The notes under the pieces were generated by a model. It was given only the letters and a program-made list of their open reading frames with translations. It did no database searches and was not told the DNA's origin. A stretch of DNA of 64,000 bases from Oculina patagonica (taxonomy: Eukaryota): positions 62,001 to 126,000 of the forward strand of contig NC_135765.1 in assembly GCF_052425735.1 (NCBI RefSeq). Direction: 5' to 3'. A program made the position numbers and the translations under genes. Each line of letters starts with the position of its first letter. The first letter of the stretch is position 1. This document shows, one piece after another, positions 1 to 11,100 of this stretch.

Positions 1-22
1 TCCATAATTTACTTTTCTTCAG

Positions 23-3000
23 ACGATGTCACCGCACTTGCCAACATACAGCAAGACCCTGATGGTGCAAGAGAGGTAGGAAGAAATTACATTTCAAACG
101 AGAAACTCGTTCCCTTCAACAAAATCAATAATTTCTAATATCATCTGCATTCTTAATTCTCCTCTGGGAGAATAGGGCCTTAATTTCTAATATACTATAC
201 ATGAATTGCTAAAGTCATGTTATAACTTTTTAAGATTTGTGGCAACTTGTGAATATAATTTTTCTAATGAAACACCACACCATCAGGTTATGGAATCAAT
301 AGTTGACCCTGCAATATATTTCAGTGCAAGAACTCCAACCAAGGCCACCAAAGCAATGTCTTGCAAATTGACCAATAGTGTTTAAGAGTTAAAATTATAA
401 AATAGCACATATCAAATGAATTGCTTTTTAGTCAATTCAATCATTTTTTTGTAAACTATGATGCAAGTAATAATGGTGACTTTGCAATCCATGAATATGT
501 CTCCTTAATCCGTCAACTTGCACAGATTTATTGTCAGATGGCATTGGTTGAGGTCAGCCGAACTGAAATAATCTTTTGGTACACCACCTCGTACTTACAA
601 AATAATGTTGACGACTGGAATTCAGTGAACTTCTAGAATGAATGATGCAGCAGGATGCTGTACATGTACTTGAAGTCACACAAAGTAGTTTGGTATAACT
701 TTGCTAGCTACCATGCGTCTCATAGAAGTAAGCTATAAAGCATCCAAAAACTAATCAGAAGGTCACAGGTTTGAAATAAATGTCTATCTTGACTTGACAT
801 TCCACAGGTGTTGGGAAAGCTAGGTTTTGCACTGCAACAAAGACTGCAACTTGCAATTCAACAGTCGACTTCAATCGGTTATTTTTTGTCAGATTGCATA
901 AGAGAACATCGCCTCACGACACAAAGTCAGGAACTTCAAGAAGAACGAAGGCGTGGTCGGCCAAAGATGCCCCATTTGTTAGACATATTGGACAATATTA
1001 AAACGTTGAGTACGTCATCATCTACTCTCCAAGACCACATTCTTCTAAAACAAACAGTTGACAACTTTCCTTTGTTGAGTTATGTGAACGAACCAATGTC
1101 TCACTTTTTAAACGGTGATGTAAAAATAGCAGTGGCAAATTTAGCAGATAGGATTCATTTAGAGTGTAGAGCGCCCCACAACATGCACGTAACTGCCCTA
1201 CAAGGTGCTTTCTCTTCAACAGCGTCCAACACACAATCACCACCTTTATCAGACGAAATCCCATACAGCACAGTAACAGCTTGTGACGGAGATGGATTGA
1301 TCACAAATATCAGTCAAAGTCATCCAGACCCTCTTAAAGATGATAATGTTGTCTACACACGCCTGAACGGAATCGATGCGCCAGAACTATCCACCGTTCA
1401 CTTCTTCAAGACGCACGACCTCTCCCATGTCTTTGTCAAACGTGTTGGACACTTGAGTTTGTGTGCTGTACATTTCTTTTTGAGAACGTTTACTTACTCA
1501 GGCAGTGCTTCTTTATGCGAAGAATTACCAAGAGAGGAGTATAATGCCCCGTTTGACTATTACGACCGCCCCCTTAAGGAATATTGGTTTCGATTCTCCA
1601 ACCCAGCTGCAGTTACAGAAAAAGAAAGAACACTACTGAACTATTTTGAAACTCTAGTTGGTGGGAAACCAGAAACCCGTGAAAGAATCATGTCTCCGTT
1701 TTCTGTCACCGAAGCAAGTGCCTCTAAACCATTTGTTATTTCCTTGAATGCCCTCCTTGTTTTAACTGGTTTTAGTCATGTCTTCACAAAATTTTCCCTT
1801 GACAACAGAATGCTCGGACTGCAGAAAATTGCAAAAGACAACAAAATTGGTCCGCTTTGGTGTGGCCCATCACGCAATTACATTTTTGGAGTGGGAAACA
1901 ACAACACAGAAGACAGCGTGCTGCAACATTTCAATGTAAACTTCACACAAACATCCTCTGTCGAACAATTCCTTCCTTGGCATGAGCGAAAAGCTATCAA
2001 AAATCTTTGTTCTCCAAAAACAACGAGAACTGAGGCAAACGAAAACTTTGATAAAGTCAAGCCAGGAACAGAACCTCAATGTGGAGTTTTCATTGACATA
2101 AGGTATGTATAATGCACAGGCTCGGCCATACTTAGACAAAGAACTTGAGGGACAAACCATTCGTTTCTGGAGGCAGGGAGGAATGGTATTTCAAAAACTT
2201 ATTTGAAATTCATGAAGAAAATACAAATGAAATCAATGTTTAATGAGCGTCTTTATATCTTATAAACAATATGTTCACACATCTTGGCCAAAATAAAATA
2301 AAAAATTTAGTGCAAGAACGAGTTGATCTACTTCAGAAGATATTGAAGCCATAAGATAAATCCGCAGTTTGTGATAAGACAGCTGCTCATTTTTTAAACA
2401 TTGCAAAACATGCACCAATTTTGGCTTGAAAGCATTCTAGCACCCCACTCCTCCAGAAGCATAATGGTTCATCGCTAACAAAAAAGACAAAGGTCTTCTG
2501 TCTTGTAGAAACAAAAGTAAAACCTGACAAAGGTGCAAACTTAAATGTCAATATATGAAATGAATATATGAAATTTATATATTTGTACTGGGGATATACA
2601 CTTAAAGCAAATGAAATATCATTGCAGTAATGTACTCAACTTAAGCAGTTGAGAAAAGCTAGCCTATTTTTCTAGTAATATTTCTTATCAAACTAAGCAA
2701 GTATACAGTCAACTCTCGCCTTGCGGACACCCAGTTATTGCGTGCACTTGCTATTATGGACAAAAGATTGCAAAATATGTTTTTGAACTCTCTCTCATAC
2801 AACATACACTGATCGAGGGTGTTGGCTACGACGAGAATTGGCTGTCTTGCTATAACAAAGGGGTAAATTTTTAAACAGAATGTTGATACCTCACATCCCC
2901 TTGACAAGCCTTATTTTGATGTATTACATTGTATCTCTTGATTCAGTCACTCCACTGAGAGCAACAAATACACAACAACAACTTCTGGAGAGGCTAATCT

Positions 3001-3520
3001 GTACGTTTCAGAAAGTAGGGTGGTTGGTATCGCAGGGCAAGACACTGGATTAGGCTTGTTTACTTTAAAAGAAATTCCAAAGAACACATTCATATGTTCG
3101 TACGCCCCGACTGCAACTCTGAGAACGACTACCCAATACGGAGACTATGCGATGGAATTAAATATAGGCGGCGAGAAAATTTCAATCAACGGACAGGAAA
3201 ACGATTATGAAATCGGGCTCGGGATCTTTGCGAATGATGGAACTTTTCCATTCAACCTAGCAGGAGAAAAATTTTCACGTTTTGTCAAGGAAAGGATCAA
3301 CTGCCAGTTTGCAAAAAGAGACAACGAAGTATGGCTAAAATCAACAAAAGCAATCAGACCAAATGAAGAGATCATGGTCTGTTATACACCAGATGGTTCA
3401 TACTGGACTACCATGTTCTCACAAGATCAACTGCAGAAAATTAAAGAGGCACTGCTCAGGTGTGGTCCAACCATAGAGGACGCAGAATATTGTCTTCGTG
3501 ATCTCAACATAACTACATAA
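23..3520 (+). CDS. Spliced gene (5' end outside window) encoding AT-hook + staphylococcal nuclease (SNase) domain + C-terminal SET domain; exons 23-75, 808-2102, 2947-3520
   Basis: GT-AG junctions are phase-compatible (75|808 phase 0; 2102|2947 phase 2, AG+T=Ser). RRRGRPK at 946-966. SNase motifs: DGD 1285-1293, RLNGIDAPE 1360-1386, DYYDRP ~1555-1572, LNALLVLTG, AKDNKIGPLW. SET motifs: GLGLF, GIFANDG, IRPNEEIMVCY. Confidence 0.82.
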
Positions 3521-3736
3521 CTGCATTCCTTTGTGATCCGATAAGCAACCACGATCCCTTTCATTAGCAGGTGAGAGAATTAAACAATGTCAATCTTACA
3601 TATAAGTTAATTGCAGGCCACAGAATTGATATTTCCGACTGTTCTTTTCCGCTGTACTTGACATTATTGTTTCAAATCACACCAACAGCTTCGGTTGTTT
3701 CCTGTTAAATATATACAGAAGCAATTTTTACACACT

Positions 3737-4125
3737 TAAAGGGACTTTCACGGCTAAGTTAATTATTTGTTATTGAATTCGGTCATATATTCGCTATGAA
3801 ACAAAATGTTTGCAAAGAAATTAATTCAATGATTCTAAATGTCAAAACTATAGCTATAGCTTGTCTCCCGGGCATTTAACAATTTAGTGTTATACAAGCA
3901 AACGAGATCAACTTTGAAAACTTTTCCGCCGGACCACATTTCAAAAATCCATATCGCAATCCGTTTCAATCCTGGACACCTTGGCCATCCGTACCTTATT
4001 TTGCACTTGGTATGTTATCTAAATATTCCTTCACTGTTTTAAGAGGTTACTTTATACATTAAAACAAATTTGATAGTCCTTTCTTGTGCCTTAGTTTGGA
4101 TGAAATCCGTGAAAGGGTCCCTTTA
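3737..4125. mobile_element. Non-autonomous DNA transposon (Kolobok-like ends)
   Basis: Imperfect terminal inverted repeats TAAAGGGACTTTCACGG ... CCGTGAAAGGGTCCCTTTA; TTAA at the left end; no ORF. Confidence 0.55.
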
Positions 4126-5610
4126 CATGATTGACTACAAAATTCACGGGAGGCAAAAGGAGACCAGATTGACCCAGATTGACTATGCTAAAATTTCTTA
4201 CCTTTCATACTTGCTATTAGCGTTTCTCAATAAATTCCGCCAGTGACCTTTTTTGCACGAAATCATTTCTACTTGCCCTAAAGACATTTTCTGTCAGCGA
4301 TTTTACCACTACAGTCTAGTTTCATGGTCGCCATTTTATAAACACGTGAGAAGTTTCGCTCGATATTGGCTATTGTCGGATCGGTACGTCCGAGCTAGTT
4401 TCGTCACAACTCGTTAGATGAAAAATCATTATGGCTTTAGATTTTTGATTTTCACCGAGATTTTCGGCTTTTAATCCCTTTTGAGCCGAGTGACACATAG
4501 GAATCTAATCAGCGGGCCACAAATGAGAGTTCGGTTCGTCAAGATGGACATCACGAAATTTCGCGCCAAAGACTGCGTAGCGAAAGATAGAGACTGGGCA
4601 CTACAAACACAATGTTTTTGCTCAAGTTGATAAATTTCCCACGATTTGTCAATCTGTTATTACTCCTGGTTCAAATATGCAAAAAGCCCAACAGGAGCAA
4701 CGTTGCTGGGAAAAATTTGTTTGTAAGTAAATGGAATTGGATTTAACGTTAAGTTTTGCTTCTCTGAGACATAGATAAACATTTCCGCTCGCGAAGAACG
4801 TGTCTTCCCACGTGTGTAATGTGTTTAATACATTTGTTAAATTCTGAACAGGTATAAAGCAAGAACCCGATCTGTGTCACGTTGTGTTGAAAGAAGTAAT
4901 GTGTTTGTGATGGCTCAATCAAGGTGCTCGTCACAAGGTAAGATGTAACTGAAACTTGAAACTGTAGATGGTGTGATGAACAGCTGCAGCGTTTGAACGT
5001 GTTTGACTCTTCATTGCAATTCCGTGCCAGCATAATATAGTCAATATTAGCTCAGTAGTCACGATGAAAGCCATCCCTTCCTTCGTTCTACTTGAACAAG
5101 GCGTAAGTAATTCCTAGAAAAGCTATTATATTGCTTAGGATCTCCCCGTAAATCGTATTTATTGTTGTCTCAATTTTCCATCATGGAAAGATGATTTGTC
5201 GAAGAAAATCTTCAAAAGAGAACTCTCTTGCTCGCTTTCCTTCAAGTTGGGTTTCATCCAACTCAAGATTACACTTCTCCAGTGGATTTAAACTTAAAAA
5301 GGAATTTAAAAAACAATATTATTATTCCATGTTGGATACGAGTGGCTATAGTCAACGAACAGTCAACGACACGCGAAGCACTCAAGGAAAGCTGATGAAA
5401 AACAATAAAACATGATTTTTCTATGTTTTATACTCTGATGAAACATAGGTTTTCAGCTAATCAGAGCGCGTGTAGACTCCTATCTATATTATAAATTCAA
5501 ATAAAACACTATCAAACTTTCAACTTTAAAACTTTCAACTTTAAAACTTGAAAATTATAATCAAATGATCAGCACATGTGTTTAATTAACAGCTTAGCAA
5601 TATGTTAAAT

Positions 5611-6686
5611 CCAGGCGTAGTCAATCGATAGAAATCGATATCACTCGATATCAATCACTGATTGATATCGATTGATATCGGTAATCGATAACAATCGAAC
5701 TCACAAAAAAATTTCTTTATCGATTGTTATCGACAGCAATCGATAAAATCACTAAACCCAAAAAGTCCCTTAAGAAATATTTGTCTCAAGTATGTTACAT
5801 GCCGTTACTACCTAGTAAAAGTAAACGATACGAGATTAGCGTCTAAGTGATAAACATTTTATTATTCAGATTATTTGGAGTATCTAGTCCTGCCGGAGTC
5901 TGTGTAGAAAATTATGTTTACCATCAGGAGATCCTCTTGGTTTGTGTTTCTAAAATATTTTAACTTGTCCAGCCCCGGCTGAGGCTATATAAAGCGTTCT
6001 TCCTTTTGTGATCTGAGGCTGAAAACGTTTTGTTTCAGTAAATTATTGTCCAGCCATCCCAGCGCTCTCATTTGCATCTTGGATCTCCTTCATAGCGTTC
6101 TCGCGTAGATGAAAATCCAACATGATCCTACTACTGGATTACTTTTTATTTCTTGCTTACTCTGCGATTTATTACGATTACGCTTCTTTCTTAATGCAAT
6201 TAACTGAAATCATAAAAACACTGATTCTTTTGTTTATTTTGCTTCATATTTATGGCGTTGCTATAGCGCGACTAGAGGTTTGCACACCACTACTTCGGCC
6301 GCAGCACCTTGTTCTTTTTTGAACCGCGCTGATAAAGATGTTATGTTACTGTTACTGTTCTTGTTATTTTAGTATCAGCTTGTTGGTATTTGCAGTCGCA
6401 TATCCACGATTAAATTACCCAATAAAGCTATAAAAACAACATCCTGTCGATGTTTATCTTGTAGAGATTGTCAAAAATAGTTTCCGATAAAAATCGATGG
6501 CAATCGATAACAATCGATAAAACAATCCTTATCGATTTCCATCGGAAATCGATATCAATCGAACTCACAACTTTTTTTCTTTATCGATTCCTATCGAGTG
6601 GTATCGGAAATCGATATCAATCTTCGATTGATATCGATTGCTATTGATAGTTATGGATTATCGGTTTATCGATTGACTACGCCTGG
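5611..6686. mobile_element. MITE / non-autonomous TIR transposon with ATCGAT-rich subterminal repeats
   Basis: Perfect 20-bp TIR CCAGGCGTAGTCAATCGATA; direct target duplication GTTAAAT at 5604-5610 and 6687-6693. Confidence 0.9.
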
Positions 6687-7157
6687 GTTAAATCTTTGAC
6701 AACATTTGTTTAGTTCTGAACAGGTAAACAAGAGCCCGTTCTGTGTCATGTTGTGTTCTGAGAAGTCATAAACATTGTGGCTGGCTAAAACAAGATGCTC
6801 ATTACAAGGTAAGATAAATTTCATTCTAAAAATTCTCTTAATTCTGAAATTCTTTTCCGTGCCTTATAGTTTTTTTATTTACTTTTTTTTTTAATTGCCT
6901 TTTAACAAAACTGACCCATAAAATGCAGATTACATGTTGAATGCCTGCAGCAATGCAATGCATTTTAGTGCATATGCACCTGTAAGGTTGCAAACTTTGG
7001 TTAGAAAATGCTTTCTCTTGACGATGTGAACACCATTGATAGTTAAATCTCCCTCAAAAGAAATTTTTGTTCCCACAACAGAATTCCCCTCCGCAACAAA
7101 ATTTCCCCTCCGCAACAGTATTTAATCATTCCTCTTAACTACAGCTTTAAAGATAAA

Positions 7158-7576
7158 GGTTATCAGTTTGGTTTTAGGAAAGGGCACTCAACAGAGCAAG
7201 CCATTTTTTAGATCACTGACACCCTCAAACAGGCAATGAATAAAAAGCTGGTTACCTGGGGTGTTTTTTTAGATTTTTCTAAAGCATTTGATACTGTGAA
7301 CCACAATATTCTTTTATCTAAACTCTACCACTATGGTATACGAGGAATAACCCTTAACTGGTTTGAAAACTATCTACATAACCGCACTCAATATGTTAAG
7401 ATTGGTAATATCCAATCTAGTCCTGAAACTATAACTTGTGGAATACCACAGGGATCAACTTTGGGTCCTCTTCTATTCCTGTTTTATATTAATGACTTAC
7501 CTAACTGCTCAAAAAAACTATCCTTTCGTATATTTGCTGATGATACAAATATTTTTTATACAAGTGATAATCTGCA
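7158..7576 (+). mobile_element. Non-LTR retrotransposon (CR1/L2-group LINE) reverse transcriptase fragment, cut by the assembly gap
   Basis: [37 protein letters not shown] and FADDT RT motifs; one in-frame stop near 7209. Confidence 0.9.
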
Positions 7577-8139
7577 NNNNNNNNNNNNNNNNNNNNNNNN
7601 NNNNNNNNNNNNNNNNNNNNNNNNNNNNNNNNNNNNNNNNNNNNNNNNNNNNNNNNNNNNNNNNNNNNNNNNNNNNNNNNNNNNNNNNNNNNNNNNNNNN
7701 NNNNNNNNNNNNNNNNNNNNNNNNNNNNNNNNNNNNNNNNNNNNNNNNNNNNNNNNNNNNNNNNNNNNNNNNNNNNNNNNNNNNNNNNNNNNNNNNNNNN
7801 NNNNNNNNNNNNNNNNNNNNNNNNNNNNNNNNNNNNNNNNNNNNNNNNNNNNNNNNNNNNNNNNNNNNNNNNNNNNNNNNNNNNNNNNNNNNNNNNNNNN
7901 NNNNNNNNNNNNNNNNNNNNNNNNNNNNNNNNNNNNNNNNNNNNNNNNNNNNNNNNNNNNNNNNNNNNNNNNNNNNNNNNNNNNNNNNNNNNNNNNNNNN
8001 NNNNNNNNNNNNNNNNNNNNNNNNNNNNNNNNNNNNNNNNNNNNNNNNNNNNNNNNNNNNNNNNNNNNNNNNNNNNCGAACAAAAAGGCAAGCTGCCAAC
8101 ATCTAGTAATCTGGGACACTCTGTTTTTAGTGAGAGTAA

Positions 8140-11100
8140 AGAAGCTTATCGTGTGGAAGATGTAGGGAATGGTCATGGTCAGTGGCGAAAAAGTAAAGTT
8201 CGTATACGTTCCATTGACTTGGAAGACTGCGAGGACGAGGGACCAACAGCTGTGCTGCCATCTACGAGTGAACGAAATTTTATTCGGCATTCAAGGTCAA
8301 CATGTAAGTACTTTATTCTCTGTAATTTACGGTAATAGAATAGTAGGAGGTGTTAAAAATTACATTACATTTTGGACATAAGTTATTTAACCTAATTTTG
8401 CTATTATGTTGATACCCAGTATTTATGATGTTGATTGTTTGCTATGCATGGCTGATCGAAATACAACATTTGCACTCATAGTAGCAACAACAAAATTCTT
8501 GTTTTTGATTGGTTCTCTGGGCACCTATTAAGGGTATATACCGTACAATTCCGGTTATTAGACCTCCCCCCCCCCCCGGTTAAAGGCCCATCTTCCTGGA
8601 AACAAAAAATACATCCGATTATAAGCTCCCCTGGATATAAGCCCACCTCTGTCAGATGTCAGTACTGAACAGGGCTAAATGTTGCTGTATTATGCATTTT
8701 TAACTTAAAACATATTTCGATCAACACTCCTGTGGCCTGTTTCGGTACATTTTTTCTGCTTATAAGCCCTCCTGGATATAAGCCCCTTCACTTATAAGCC
8801 CACCCAAAAACCCTTATGAAGTTGTATAAGCCCAGGGCTTATAACCGGAATTTTATGGTATGTCTTATTAGACATTTTAGTGTGTAGTATCACTGATAAT
8901 TGTTACAAGTCTTGCAGTATTTTGGTGAGCATGAAGGTTGAGTCAAAATACAAATGACGAGCAAAAGTGTACAGCAATAATACATACTAAATTGTCTAAT
9001 AAGAGATTTATTATCCAATGCTTTGTTTTCCCAAAATGCTGACTTTCCAACATGTCTTTATCATTTGCATGCTCAAGAGGAAATACCGAGCTCATTAAAC
9101 TGGTTTGAGGAGTACAAATATCGCGTATTATTTGTACTCCAGAAAGCAAAGTTGGAAAATAATTGTTATGCGATGAGGTTGGCACATAATTGATCTGTTC
9201 ACTACTTACAAATCACGATATTTTGCAAAAACCGAGTTCAATATTGTTTTACTCTTCAATCACTGAGTTTAATTTTGCAAAATTTCCTTTGCGATCGGAA
9301 CTGGCTAGGAACTGAAAAATGCAGAAGAAATCATAACTTCGCATTTGCCTTTGATAATACAAGCTGATCTTCATCCAATTCTTTTTCATTCATATATTAT
9401 CTAAATATTTGTACATTTAGGGAAATTTTTGTTGCCTTTAAATTCCCTGTTTTCTTGGGTCAAGTAGACAAATCAAACCGCTCTCCCACAACTCTGAAAA
9501 ACAAGCTGCCATTTTTTTATAATATTGTCACTCGACCCTTACCGTATATAACTCCTAAATGTTGTTGTTAAATCTGGGAAGGAATTTTTGCTCTGACTAA
9601 ACTGTCTTTCAGAGACTTGTCCTTCCGATGAGCGACAATTGGAGGTTTAGAAAATGTTTAAGCGAGTTTGTTGTTCTCAGTTATGAGATGCCAGTGTTTC
9701 ATGGACACAACTACCGGGTATGCATGAGCAGAATATTATTTGCAGCAGGCAGTAGGCAGTTATTTGCAGGTCATGTGGTAGGCTGTCGGCCAATGAAAAG
9801 AAAGAAAAAAATGCATCAAGTGATAATGATAAATATTGTGCAAGTCTGCAGGCCAGAGTCTATATTTGGGAGCTGTAAGGCTTTTCTGTGGCAGTTTTTT
9901 GCTTTTTATTTTTAGGATTTTCAAAAGATCTTAACCAATTTGTTTATTTTTTACTTGTTTATAACCTTAAAATTGAAGTGACAAATTGTGATGCAGGACA
10001 TATTATTTGTAGTTAATTCTTATACAGTCATTTAGACATTAGTCAGACACTGACACTAGCATCCTTAGATCACAATTGGTCACTTTTTTGGGTGACTTTC
10101 CTTTCTTTTTAAAAGAAGTTTATAAATGAACTAGAATTTTTGTTAAAAATTATCTATCATGATGATAGAAGAAATCACCATACACATGTAACAGATCCTG
10201 ACTTAAATTGATTTTGGCATCCTGTCAGTAGAGATTGCTAATTAAGTTGAATTCGCTGAACAACACAGGATTATATTTCCTTGAGATCCCGGCGGGGGGG
10301 GGGGGGGGTACTCCCTATATTGGCCTATTCGGGGAGGATCTGCCCGAAAGGGGTACCTTTTTCAGGCTCCAGGTATATGAAAGGGTAGGGATTTCACAAG
10401 TTTAGGTATATGAAAGGCTAGGGAAATCTGCCATAATGATATTTGAAAAGGCCTTTACATTAAATATTTCGAGCAGACGCAACTTTTGGCTGTATCGTCT
10501 TAATTTATTAAGCGCTACATAAAAATGACGTTTTAGGTAAATGTGATGTCATGTAGGTATATGAAAGGGGTGCCTTTTTTCAATAAAAGGTATACAAAAG
10601 GGGTACCTTTTCTATCAAAATGGTATGTAAAAGGGTAAGGGGTTGGATCTCCGGGCGGAGCCTCCCCGTACAAAACTTTTTCGAGTACCCCCTCCGGGCT
10701 TGAGACTTCTTGTGCAAATAAATTTAATTACATGTACAGATATTTAACAATTATTATTAGCTAGCATGAATTGAATATAAGATGGTAACTTTCTCATTTA
10801 TCCAACAAGCACAACAGAAAAACATTTTTGACACCCAAAGAATTACAAAATTTGAGCTCCCTAGCTGTTATCACTGACGCTTTCACCTACCATATTTGTG
10901 GTCTATGGTATATGAGCTCAGATACAATGGCCTGTTATTACCAATCAAAACTCAGGAATTGCAATATTCCATGGCTTATTTTTATCAATGAGTATTGTAT
11001 TTCTTCTGCTCTTTTAGTAGTGCATCAAATTTAAGCAAAAATGGTGATAACAAAAGGCTGGTTGACCGCCTTGTAAGTTTTGCCACTTTACTGTTTAATT

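Noticed and set aside
7438-8290. Long ORFs across 7577-8076 (and 30176-30436)
   Set aside because: They run through N gaps; only the RT fragment before the first gap is real.
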